Shown in pieces: positions 36,377 to 45,161 of a stretch of DNA of 62,981 nt (the stretch's first letter is position 1; each line of letters opens with the position of its first letter). The DNA comes from an uncultured Thermodesulfobacteriota bacterium (GTDB lineage Bacteria; Desulfobacterota; BSN033; WVXP01). The stretch lies in contig CAYGBW010000003.1 of the NCBI GenBank assembly GCA_964348185.1, positions 1-62,981 of the forward strand, in the 5' to 3' direction. The translations under genes and the position numbers were made by a program. The notes beneath the pieces were generated by a model, which searched no databases, had not been told where the DNA came from, and worked only from the letters and a program-made list of their open reading frames with translations.

Positions 36377-37657
36377 TCATGGGAAACGGATTGATATCGA
36401 ATTCCTATGTCCATCGAGACCCTCACTGATTGCGAGTGTTTCGACCGTCTCCCTCAAGTTCTCGATTCCCTGTCTTGAAACTCTCTGAACTTGGATCATT
36501 TTCCCAAATGATTCGGTGGAAAGCGGAGAAAAGGTTCGGGAAAAACCGGATGTGGGCAACGTGTGATTTGCCCCTGTCGCGTAATCCCCGAGGGTCTCAG
36601 ACGTATATCTTCCAAGAAAGATAGAGCCTGCATTGGTAATCCGATTGAGAATACCGGTCTCAGTCTTAGCCAAGATTCCCAAGTGCTCAGGCGCATACTC
36701 ATTGGCAATCACACAGGCCTCGTAAAGCGAATCAACGACAATGGCGAAACTCCTCCTCAGCGATTTTTTTATGATCTCCCTTCGGGAAGATCGGTCCATT
36801 TGCCTTTTCATCTCCTGAACGACGCTTTCTGCAAGCATCTTTGAAGGCGTTACCAGAACACTCTGTGAATCTTCTCCGTGTTCCAGTTGTGCAAGGAAGT
36901 CGGCCGCGATCCATCGAGGCTCGGCATTCTGATCAGCAATAACGAGCAGCTCTGAGGGTCCCGCTGGCATGTCGATGTCGACCACTCCATATACCAGCAT
37001 TTTTGCCGTTGTGACATATCGATTGCCAGGACCGAAGATTTTATACACCCTCGGCACCGTCTCCGTGCCAAATGCCATGGCGGCGATTGCCTGGGCGCCG
37101 CCAGTCTTAAAGATTCTCTCGATTCCGCAAAGATTCGCAGCCACAAGGACAGCGGGGTTACATCGACCCCCTACAGAGGGCGGGGTGCTCATAACCACTT
37201 CTTTACACCCGGCGATCCTAGCCGGAACCCCAAGCATCAGCACGGTGGAACAATAAGACGCTCTCCCCCCTGGGATGTACAAACCCACCCGCTCGATCGG
37301 CCTGAACTCCCGCCATACCTTGACTCCTTTTTCCGTCTCGACAGGCCTCTCTTTTCGCTGCACGTGATGTCTATGAAACCTCTCGATATTTCTCTTTGCT
37401 CTCTTCAGCGCCCCAAGGACCCTGGTATCAACCTCCTTGAAGGCTTGATCGATCTCCCTCCTACTCACAACGAGTGAAGGCAAACTCAAGCCGTCAAATT
37501 TCTTGGCGAATTCGAAAAGGGCACGATCCCCTTTGCTTTTGACGCGGGCAATGATGGTTTTCACCGATTTTTCGACATCGGCACGTCTTCTTTGCCTTAT
37601 CCGAAGTTTCTTCGCGACTTCCTCTAGCCTTGTGTGCTGGGTGTAGAGTATCTTCAT
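36377..37657 (-). CDS. hisD: Histidinol dehydrogenase
   Basis: 426 aa with typical HisD motifs ([47 protein letters not shown]). The start overlaps the hisG stop (ATGA). Confidence 0.9.
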   Translation of the reverse strand: MKILYTQHTRLEEVAKKLRIRQRRRADVEKSVKTIIARVKSKGDRALFEFAKKFDGLSLPSLVVSRREIDQAFKEVDTRVLGALKRAKRNIERFHRHHVQRKERPVETEKGVKVWREFRPIERVGLYIPGGRASYCSTVLMLGVPARIAGCKEVVMSTPPSVGGRCNPAVLVAANLCGIERIFKTGGAQAIAAMAFGTETVPRVYKIFGPGNRYVTTAKMLVYGVVDIDMPAGPSELLVIADQNAEPRWIAADFLAQLEHGEDSQSVLVTPSKMLAESVVQEMKRQMDRSSRREIIKKSLRRSFAIVVDSLYEACVIANEYAPEHLGILAKTETGILNRITNAGSIFLGRYTSETLGDYATGANHTLPTSGFSRTFSPLSTESFGKMIQVQRVSRQGIENLRETVETLAISEGLDGHRNSISIRFP

Positions 37658-38274
37658 AGGCTCGGGAACCTAAATCTTCCTGGCTTTGGAAATGGGCTTT
37701 CGACCAATACAGCCTGAGATTCTAAAACCGTAACCAGGGGACTGAGATCGTGGTCTTCCAAGGTCCTTCCGGTTTGCGTGATATCGCAGATTGCATCGGC
37801 GAGATTCAAACCCGGTGTGACTTCCACAGAACCCCTTATGGTGATAATCGCCGCGTTGATCCCCTTCTCTTCCAAAAATCTCGCAACCAATCTTGGATAG
37901 GAGGTGGCAATGCGTTCTCCCTCCAAGTCCCCAAGCGTTCTTATCTGAGAGCCCTTAGGAACCGCTACGACCAGCGAACAGGGGCAGAATCCCAATTTCT
38001 GGATTACGTTGACGTTCACATTCTTTTCATAGAGAACGTTTTCACCCACAATGCCGAAATCAACGACACTCCGACACACATATTCAGGAATATCGTCGTC
38101 TCGCAGGTGAAGAATCTCGACATCACAGTTTTCACACGGGGTCACCAGATTTCGACCGTTTCGCTTGAACTTCAACCCCACCGAGCAAAGGAAGTTCAGA
38201 CTCGGTTCAGCTAACCTTCCGCTTTTTTGTACCGCGATTTTTGTTTTATCAATTCCCTGCATAGGTGTATCCAT
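37654..38274 (-). CDS. hisG: ATP phosphoribosyltransferase, short form (HisG-S)
   Basis: 206 aa (or 202 from ATG 38262). Reads KIAVQKSGRLAEPSLNFL ... DICDITQTGRTLEDHDL. It lacks the C-terminal regulatory domain of long HisG. The start overlaps the hisS 3' end. Confidence 0.85.
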   Translation of the reverse strand: MDTPMQGIDKTKIAVQKSGRLAEPSLNFLCSVGLKFKRNGRNLVTPCENCDVEILHLRDDDIPEYVCRSVVDFGIVGENVLYEKNVNVNVIQKLGFCPCSLVVAVPKGSQIRTLGDLEGERIATSYPRLVARFLEEKGINAAIITIRGSVEVTPGLNLADAICDITQTGRTLEDHDLSPLVTVLESQAVLVESPFPKPGRFRFPSL

Positions 38275-39547
38275 TTAGATATGCGGTCAGTTGATTTTGG
38301 GGTATCCTTTTCTGTTTTCCTGTCTTCATCACCTTTATCGTTGCCTCACCTCTCTGGATCTCATCCGGACCACAAATCACGACAAAAGGTATCTCCTTTT
38401 TGTCTGCGTACTTGAGCTGCTTGCCCAATTTCTCAGGTTCAAAATAGATCTCAGCATTGATACCGGCGTTTTGCAGATCGTTCAGGATCCGTAATGAGTT
38501 TCTGAGCGTGGCCTCATCAAAATACGTCACCAGTACCCTGGAATTTAACTTGACGTCACAGAACATGTTGAGTTCTTCCATGGCGATCATGATTCGGTCA
38601 AAACCAAAGGCAACCCCAACCCCGCTGAACTGTTCTGTGGAGAACAAGGAACAGAGGCCATCATATCGCCCACCCGCGCACACCGCCCCAATGTCGACCT
38701 TCGGCAAAAAAACCTCAAAGACTATCCCCGTGTAATAGTCGAGCCCCCGGGCTAAGGTCAAATCGAATACCAGGCGTTTTTTGGAAATTCCAAAGGCGTC
38801 ACAGATTGCCAGAAAGCCCTTGATCTCTTTTGTGTCGTATTCCTCCAGAAACGCGATCTTCTGTCCATTGGTCCCCTGGGTTGTTATGACACCGAGTAGC
38901 GTTTCGATGGCTTCCTCGGTTACGAATGACCCAAGCTCTTTTGCGACTCTCTCGCTTTCAACTCTTCCGAGTTTGTCTAACGCCCGGATAACTTCCTTCT
39001 GCTCATCAAGAGGAATGTTCAAGCTTCCGAGAATGCTGTTGATCAGCCGACGACTGTTGAACTTGATCTCGAACGAATCAAACCCTAGGGATTCAAAAAC
39101 ACGGTCTACCACCTTGGCGATCTCTCCCTCTGCAAGGAGGCTCTTCGTTCCAATAATGTCAACATCGCACTGATAGAATTCCCGGTAGCGACCCTTCCCT
39201 GGCTTATCGGCTCGCCACACCGGTGCGATTTGATACCGCTTAAAGGGCATGGGCAGGTTTTTGTGGTAGGCAGCCACAAACCGGGCAAAGGGGACTGTCT
39301 GATCATACCTCAGCGCTATTTCCCTTCCCCCTTTGTCTTTGAATGTATAGGTCAATTTTGAATCTTCGTTTCCATACTGTCCTAAAAGGGTCTCAGCGTA
39401 CTCGATCGCAGGTGTCTCGATCGTGTTATATCCAAAATTAGTGAACACGGATTCGATCTTTTCCATGACGGATTGCCTCTTTGCCATGTCTTTGGGCAAA
39501 AAGTCACGGGTACCTCTCGGGATCCTGGGTGTTATCAAATCAGCCAT
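38249..39547 (-). CDS. hisS: Histidyl-tRNA synthetase (class II, with anticodon-binding domain)
   Basis: 432 aa. Has PRGTRDFLP, motif 2 GRYREFYQCDVDIIG, motif 3 GGRYDGL and GVGFGFDR-like GVAFGFDRI. The C-terminal anticodon-binding domain (VLVTYFDEA...KKEIPFVVICGPDE) argues for HisS rather than HisZ. Confidence 0.85.
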   Translation of the reverse strand: MADLITPRIPRGTRDFLPKDMAKRQSVMEKIESVFTNFGYNTIETPAIEYAETLLGQYGNEDSKLTYTFKDKGGREIALRYDQTVPFARFVAAYHKNLPMPFKRYQIAPVWRADKPGKGRYREFYQCDVDIIGTKSLLAEGEIAKVVDRVFESLGFDSFEIKFNSRRLINSILGSLNIPLDEQKEVIRALDKLGRVESERVAKELGSFVTEEAIETLLGVITTQGTNGQKIAFLEEYDTKEIKGFLAICDAFGISKKRLVFDLTLARGLDYYTGIVFEVFLPKVDIGAVCAGGRYDGLCSLFSTEQFSGVGVAFGFDRIMIAMEELNMFCDVKLNSRVLVTYFDEATLRNSLRILNDLQNAGINAEIYFEPEKLGKQLKYADKKEIPFVVICGPDEIQRGEATIKVMKTGKQKRIPQNQLTAYLNGYTYAGN

Positions 39548-39564
39548 CGTTCTCGCATGGTTAA

Positions 39565-39596
39565 GAAAACAAAAAATCCCACTGCAACAGTGGGAT
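39565..39596 (-). terminator. Rho-independent terminator between yerC/hisR-like gene and hisS
   Basis: Reverse strand reads TCCCACTG ttgc CAGTGGGA (39596-39577), followed by TTTTTTGTTTTC. Confidence 0.7.
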
Positions 39597-39622
39597 GGGG
39601 TGGATACGAACTGAGGGGGCGC

Positions 39623-39913
39623 CTATTGTTGCATCCGTTTGAGCGCCAGCTTGTATCCACCCATGCCGTGATGGAGCCAATGGGCCACACGCGTTATTGT
39701 TGCCGTACTCGAACCGGTTTCTTTGTTTATTTGGCGGTACGTTTCACCAGCAAAAACCCTTTTTGCGACCTGAAAACGTTCTGCCATAGCCCGGAGCTCG
39801 GATAGCGTGCAAAGATCGCGGAATAGTCTTTTGCACTCCTCAGGCGTCTCCAGCTTGAGAATGGCCTGAAACAATTCTTTCATTTCCTTACTGTTTAATA
39901 CCCTTTCCGGCAT
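39623..39913 (-). CDS. yerC: TrpR-related YerC/YecD family protein (HisR-like putative histidine regulator)
   Basis: 96 aa. ELFQAILKLETPEECKRLFRDLCTLSELRAMAERFQVAKRV..GETYRQI.KETG.STATITRVA is the YerC/YecD pattern. Lies directly upstream of hisS-hisG-hisD. Confidence 0.75.
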   Translation of the reverse strand: MPERVLNSKEMKELFQAILKLETPEECKRLFRDLCTLSELRAMAERFQVAKRVFAGETYRQINKETGSSTATITRVAHWLHHGMGGYKLALKRMQQ

Positions 39914-39962
39914 GGGGCGTGGTTTGGTGAGTTAGTCTGTTAAAACGCTAATACGCTAAAAC

Positions 39963-39991
39963 ATTATAACTATCCAAACGCCGATTGTCAA
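39963..39991 (-). promoter_or_regulatory. Consensus sigma70-type promoter of the yerC/hisR-like gene
   Basis: Reverse strand reads TTGACA (39991-39986), 17 nt, TATAAT (39968-39963). Immediately downstream is the direct repeat TTAGCGT at TTAGCGT (plus strand 39941-39962, aaaacgctaatacgctaaaa). Confidence 0.65.
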
Positions 39992-40214
39992 GTGAAAATT
40001 TGATTTTTTTTCTCCCCAAGGTGACGAATTCTCCGTATGTCGATCCCTCGACCACGACCGTTTTCCCCTTCACAAAGGGAGCTTCGACTTCTGTCAAATC
40101 CATCCAAATTACGGCGACCAAGACCGATGATGAACGTGAGGCCTTTCGGGTTACCCGGGGATTTCTCTGTGCCAGCCCTGAGAGGGAAAGGGGGTTTCCC
40201 CTCTCTTTCCCTCT

Positions 40215-41120
40215 TCAAGCATCTTGGAGCGCCTTTTCAACCTCCCGGAGGTTCGGAAATGAGGATCGTCCCCCTGGCCGGGCGACCGATAAGCCTGCTG
40301 TTGTAGAAGAAAACCAAAGGGCTTCCGCGAATGTTTTCCCGTGGAGAACGGCGTAGGCAAAGGCACCGTGGAAAACATCCCCTGCCGCTGTGGTATCGAC
40401 AGCCTGAACTGCCAAAGCAGGCAAAGACGCAAGGCGGCCACCCTCTAAATAAATCGTTCCTTTCTCACCCAGAGTGATAGCCACGTTCTTTCCATTCAAG
40501 GCAAACAGCCCCTTGAGACACTGTTCTTGCTCCACCGGGGTCTGGAGCCGAGAAACTCCGGTCATATCCAGTGCGAAACCCTCAGAACCGATAAGGTAAT
40601 CGACTTTCCGAGAAAGGACCTCCGTCCCCTTTCGCCGGGAGCCCGCATCCAGAATCGTTTTTGCCTGGGGGGAGACCGCTATGGCCTTTAGGGAGGCATC
40701 AAGCTGGTGTCCGTCCATGAGAATGACCCTGGGGTTCAGTCCTCTTAGGGTGGACTCCTCGAGAACCAGAGGAGGGGCGCCTTCATGGCGATTGATGATG
40801 GTGCGGCTGCCGGTCTTCTGATTGACGAGGATGCAGGAGAGGGGGGTTCCGTATCCTGAGCGAACCCCGATCAAGCTCAGTTCGGCTCCTTCCGCATTCA
40901 ACTCGTCGAGAATCCTGCGGCCAAAAAGATCATCCCCAATAACACAGGCAAGAGCCGCAGAGACGCCCCATTTGGAGAGAAGGGAGGCCGCATTGGCCGC
41001 CGGTCCTCCCCCGGTCTCAAAGGATCTACGGATTTCGTACTTTCGATTCTCCTCAGGAAAGTCCTCCAGAGGGAGATTAATATCGAAAGCGGCCGTCCCA
41101 ATGCAAAGAACGTCAATCAT
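40215..41120 (-). CDS. PfkB-family carbohydrate kinase (ribokinase-like)
   Basis: 301 aa. GGGPAANAA near the N-terminus and DTTAAGDVFHGAF near the C-terminus (PfkB signatures). Confidence 0.8.
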   Translation of the reverse strand: MIDVLCIGTAAFDINLPLEDFPEENRKYEIRRSFETGGGPAANAASLLSKWGVSAALACVIGDDLFGRRILDELNAEGAELSLIGVRSGYGTPLSCILVNQKTGSRTIINRHEGAPPLVLEESTLRGLNPRVILMDGHQLDASLKAIAVSPQAKTILDAGSRRKGTEVLSRKVDYLIGSEGFALDMTGVSRLQTPVEQEQCLKGLFALNGKNVAITLGEKGTIYLEGGRLASLPALAVQAVDTTAAGDVFHGAFAYAVLHGKTFAEALWFSSTTAGLSVARPGGRSSFPNLREVEKALQDA

Positions 41121-41223
41121 AGCTTCACCCGCAACCGGGCTCTCTCTTCCGGATCAGGCCTTCTGTCAAAGAGAGTCGATCGGTCAACCCCTGGAAGGAC
41201 GCCCCTTCAGTCCCCGTGGAGGG

Positions 41224-41541
41224 CTACTTTCTGTGGATCCCATGGCGAAACTGCCCGGGCGCTCCGACCTGTGGATGACGTTTTTCGTAAGAGGGCTCGA
41301 ATACGAACTCTGAACCCATCGGATTCCAGTGAGGAGGCCCGAGATTGAATGGAGAATAGCCCGTACTTCTGCTCAAGTCAATAATCTCGAGATCAGACAG
41401 AGTATCCTCTGCTAAAGGTTCTAAATACTCGATTTGGCGCAGAAATGCCTTTCTAGGAACGCCGGAATATACAGACACGATTCTATCTGGATGTCTCTTT
41501 ATCGATCCATCATTGCCAAAATGAGAGCTAGGGGATACCAT
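41224..41541 (-). CDS. Hypothetical protein (weak call)
   Basis: 105-aa ORF with no recognisable motif. The only support is its length and its position in an otherwise unassigned gap. Confidence 0.3.
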   Translation of the reverse strand: MVSPSSHFGNDGSIKRHPDRIVSVYSGVPRKAFLRQIEYLEPLAEDTLSDLEIIDLSRSTGYSPFNLGPPHWNPMGSEFVFEPSYEKRHPQVGAPGQFRHGIHRK

Positions 41542-41581
41542 TTGTGTTCGCAGAATTAACGCAGGCTCAGGAGGTTACATT

Positions 41582-43825
41582 ATGTACACCAGAACGTATT
41601 TCTCGGCGGCATTCAAGACCCTTTTTCTGACCCTCGCCCTTCTGGTCACCCTTACCCCCCCGATTCACTCCCAGGAAGGGACGACCCGAGAAGCCGGGAT
41701 TTCTCTAGAGAACCTGGAGGCTCTGATCCAGACTCTCGAAACGCAGCAGAAGCGGGATGCCCTGGTCAATGACTTGAAGACACTCGTAGAGGCTCAAAAA
41801 ATGAAGCAAAAAACAGAGCCTCCCGAGGAAGAAAAGCCCAATCTCGTGGAGCGGGTTATCCTGGAGTATGGCGAGCTCACTCGTGAAACCTCGGGCCTTT
41901 TCCATCGCCTCTTTCAGCTCGTCCGACAGGCCCCTGAGGGTTTGAAGGGGGCAGGGGCGTATCTCTCATCCCCTGGGAACAGAGCCACCCTGTACCGAAC
42001 AGGCGCAATTGTTGGTGTTGGAGTCCTCACGGCTTTGATCATCATTCTCCTCGTCAGGTGGCTCACCTCGGTCGTCTCCAGATGGATCTTGACCGGCAGG
42101 GAACGGACCGCCAGAGGAAAGGTCTATGAAGCAGGCATGAGGATAATAATCCGCGTCAGTCCATACGCGGCCCTCTTTGTCGGGTCGCTTTTTGTTCTCA
42201 ACCTCCTGGGAGTCCGTGGGGTTCTGTATCAGTTCTTGATCCTATTCCTGTTGACTCTCCTCCTCTATGAAGCCATTTTCGCCTGCTCCAAGATCCTTCT
42301 CAGCCCATACAAGCCGGAGGCTCGGACTCTTCCCTTGGCCAACGAAACGGCTGCCTACGTGTGGGTCTGGGTAAAACGGTTTCTCAACCTCTGGGTCCTT
42401 TACTACTTTGTGACCCACGCCCTGGAGATTTTGAACGCTCCCCCGTTGCTTTTCGCAGGGGTCAGCAGGATTCTCATCCTCCTTTTCCCCATCCTCTCCA
42501 CCGTTCTTCTCCTTCAGATAAGGAGAATCTATGCCCCTCCGAGGAGAGTCCGTCCGGAGGGGACCATCTGGACCCGATCACTCTTCTATTGCAGTCGGTT
42601 TTGGCATCTTGCAACGGGAATCATCATTTGGTTGATTTCAATCTTTATTCTCGCCAATTACAAAGCGGGCATCGCCTTTCTCATTTTTGCTTCCCTTAAG
42701 ACGCTGGTCGCGATTGGAATCCTTTGGGGACTGTTGCATCTGATCGACCCGCTTTTCAACAGACTGTTTAGTCTCGGCAAGGATTTAAAGCTACGCTTTC
42801 CGGGTCTTGAAGAAAAGACCAATCGCTACCTCGGTACGATGAATCGGGTCATCAAGGCAGCCATGATACTGGTCGGAATCGCAAGTATCCTGGAGTTTTG
42901 GGGGCTCCAGGCTTCGTGGTTTGTAACCTCGGAGTTGGGATCCACCATCCTGTCCAGGGCCATCACCATCGGGATCGTCGTTGGCGTTGTATTGGCCATC
43001 ATTGATCTGAGTAGTTTTGTGACCAACCAACTCGTTCAGTCCCGAACCGATCCAACGGGCCGGGTGATTGAGCCGGGAAGAAAGAAGAAGACCCTCGTTC
43101 CCCTGTGCCACTGGGCTGTCAACGTGGCCTCCATCTTTGTTGGGGGTGTTGTCATCCTCAGCGAGTTGGGTGTCAGTGTGGGCCCCATTCTGGCCGGTGC
43201 TGGGATTGTCGGATTGGCCGTCGGGTTTGGCGCTCAGTCCCTGGTAAAGGATTTCATCAATGGCCTTTTTCTCCTGTTTGAGGGCAGCGTGGCTGTGGGG
43301 GATGTTGTGATTATCCAAGGCACGGGAGGGCTGGTCGAAGGGGTCACGCTGAGGACGATCAAGCTGAGAGATCTTGCGGGAAACGTCCATGTTATTCCAA
43401 ATGGAAGCGTTGATATGATCACGAACATGACAAAAGAGTATTCAAGGTATGTCTTCGATGTGGGTGTGGCCTACAGGGAAGACGTGGACGAGGTCATGGC
43501 CGTTCTCGAGGAGATTGGCGAGTCCATGCAGAATGACCCGGAATATAGAGATGACATCTTGGAACCCCTCGAAATTCTCGGTGTCGACAAATTTGACGAT
43601 TCAGCGGTGGTGATCAAGGCAAGGATTACGACGAAACCTATCAAACAGTGGCGAGTCGGTAGAGAATTCAATCGGAGAATGAAGAAGATATTCGATGAAA
43701 GAAACATTGAGATTCCCTTTCCCCACAGAACCGTCTATTGGGGGGAGGCGAAAGAAGGTCAGGCCCCTCCTTTGTCGATTCAGCTCGGCAGGGAGAGGGT
43801 GAGCACGGGGGAAGTGCCGGCCTAG
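41582..43825 (+). CDS. Large mechanosensitive ion channel of the MscS family (MscK/MscM-like architecture)
   Basis: 747 aa. Signal peptide and a coiled periplasmic segment, then multiple TM helices. MscS core: GFGAQSLVKDFINGLFLLFEGSVAVGDVV...IKLRDLAGNVHVIPNGSV. Confidence 0.85.
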   Translation: MYTRTYFSAAFKTLFLTLALLVTLTPPIHSQEGTTREAGISLENLEALIQTLETQQKRDALVNDLKTLVEAQKMKQKTEPPEEEKPNLVERVILEYGELTRETSGLFHRLFQLVRQAPEGLKGAGAYLSSPGNRATLYRTGAIVGVGVLTALIIILLVRWLTSVVSRWILTGRERTARGKVYEAGMRIIIRVSPYAALFVGSLFVLNLLGVRGVLYQFLILFLLTLLLYEAIFACSKILLSPYKPEARTLPLANETAAYVWVWVKRFLNLWVLYYFVTHALEILNAPPLLFAGVSRILILLFPILSTVLLLQIRRIYAPPRRVRPEGTIWTRSLFYCSRFWHLATGIIIWLISIFILANYKAGIAFLIFASLKTLVAIGILWGLLHLIDPLFNRLFSLGKDLKLRFPGLEEKTNRYLGTMNRVIKAAMILVGIASILEFWGLQASWFVTSELGSTILSRAITIGIVVGVVLAIIDLSSFVTNQLVQSRTDPTGRVIEPGRKKKTLVPLCHWAVNVASIFVGGVVILSELGVSVGPILAGAGIVGLAVGFGAQSLVKDFINGLFLLFEGSVAVGDVVIIQGTGGLVEGVTLRTIKLRDLAGNVHVIPNGSVDMITNMTKEYSRYVFDVGVAYREDVDEVMAVLEEIGESMQNDPEYRDDILEPLEILGVDKFDDSAVVIKARITTKPIKQWRVGREFNRRMKKIFDERNIEIPFPHRTVYWGEAKEGQAPPLSIQLGRERVSTGEVPA

Positions 43826-43937
43826 GAATCCCCCTTGCTGGGCATTGGGGCCTCTGGTATCCTTCTCTCGGACCGAAGCGCCTGTTCGGAATCGAGAGAT
43901 GGCTTCCTGTCAATGAATTCGCAAAAAGGAGCTAACC

Positions 43938-44975
43938 ATGCGTGCAGTCGCAAAGGTCACGTTAGACAAGGGCGTGTCCCTGAAAGAATTCTCCCAGCCC
44001 GTCCCTGGAGAGGACGAGGCGCTGATCAGGGTGCACGTATCCGGGATCTGTGGGTCAGACCTCGAACTGTACAAGATTGACGGGTACCTGACCGACCCCA
44101 GGCTGAAACTCCCCTTCATTCTGGGACATGAGTTCTGCGGGGTCGTGGAAGCTGTCGGGCCCAGGGTCACGAGGGTTCAAGAGGGAGATCGCGTAGCCGG
44201 AGAAACCCACATCCCTTGCATGACATGCTACACCTGTCAAACGGGCAGTGCCCATATCTGTCCCAATCAGCGGAATGTCGGTCGAACGGTCAACGGGAGT
44301 TTTGCCGACTACATCACCGTGCCCGAGGTGAGTGTCAGAAAGGTCCCCGAGGCATTGACCGACCATGAGGTCGCCATGCTGGAACCCCTGGGAGTGGCCG
44401 CCCATGCCGTTCGAGAGAAGGATGTAACCGGTGACCGTGTCCTCGTGTTGGGATGCGGCCCTTTGGGCCTGATGACCGTTGCGGTTGCCAGAGTCTTTGG
44501 AGCAGCCCGCGTCTTTGCCACCAGCCACAGCCCTGCGAAATTACAGAAAGGGCTTCAGATGGGGGCGGATCAAGTATTCCAGGCGTCAGATGAAGATACC
44601 CCTCAAAGAATCCTCTCAGAAGCCGGCCCCCGCGGTATTGGGACCGTGATCGATATGTCTGGGAGCGAGGAGGCGATCCAACAGGGCCTTCAGGTGCTCC
44701 GTCCCGGGGGGACCATCGTCCTGGCTGGGATCCCTAAGAGGGACATCAATTTGAATGTCTTGCAATACAGCATTCACAGAGAGATAAAGGTGGTTGGGAT
44801 TTTTGGGAGAAAACTCTGGGAGAGCTGGGATCTCAGCGAGATGCTCCTGGAACAGCATCGAATTCCGACCGAGCCGCTGAAAGGTTCAACCCATGCTGCG
44901 GAGCACTATGAAAAGGCTTTCCAGGAGGCATTCTCGGGGGAATTTGGCAGAACCTTCATCTCCTTCTCCCTTTGA
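43938..44975 (+). CDS. Zinc-dependent medium-chain dehydrogenase (threonine/polyol dehydrogenase-like)
   Basis: 345 aa. Has GICGSDLE, GHEFCG, the structural zinc site CMTCYTCQTGSAHIC and the GCGPLG Rossmann motif. Confidence 0.8.
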   Translation: MRAVAKVTLDKGVSLKEFSQPVPGEDEALIRVHVSGICGSDLELYKIDGYLTDPRLKLPFILGHEFCGVVEAVGPRVTRVQEGDRVAGETHIPCMTCYTCQTGSAHICPNQRNVGRTVNGSFADYITVPEVSVRKVPEALTDHEVAMLEPLGVAAHAVREKDVTGDRVLVLGCGPLGLMTVAVARVFGAARVFATSHSPAKLQKGLQMGADQVFQASDEDTPQRILSEAGPRGIGTVIDMSGSEEAIQQGLQVLRPGGTIVLAGIPKRDINLNVLQYSIHREIKVVGIFGRKLWESWDLSEMLLEQHRIPTEPLKGSTHAAEHYEKAFQEAFSGEFGRTFISFSL

Positions 44976-45161
44976 ACGCTGTTCTGTTCCCCTCCAGGCT
45001 TAAAACCCCAGGCCCCTCACGCCTCCTCCTCCAGAGTTGGATGATTCTGAGGCCAGGAAAGGAAATTGAACCCCCAGGGAGAATGTGATATAGAAGACAG
45101 AGCAAAGGGGGTTGGGCAACCTCAGTCCGCCGCTTCGCCCCAGGGTTAGAGATGAGACAGG

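Noticed and set aside
38249-39547. HisZ (regulatory HisRS paralogue) instead of HisS
   Set aside because: The protein keeps class II motifs 2 and 3 and a C-terminal anticodon-binding domain, which HisZ proteins lack.
39597-39622. tRNA-like 3' fragment (reverse strand GTTCGTATCCACC..CCA)
   Set aside because: The flanking bases cannot form a T-stem or acceptor stem. There is no cloverleaf.
39945-40103. 53-codon reverse-strand ORF (MDLTEVEAPFVKGKTVVVEG..)
   Set aside because: It runs through the consensus yerC promoter, is below the size cutoff and has no start context. It may be a relic, but that is unsupported.
40822-41313. 163-aa + strand ORF and several similar antisense ORFs inside pfkB, liv, kor and his genes
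   Set aside because: They are all shadows of well-supported genes on the opposite strand.
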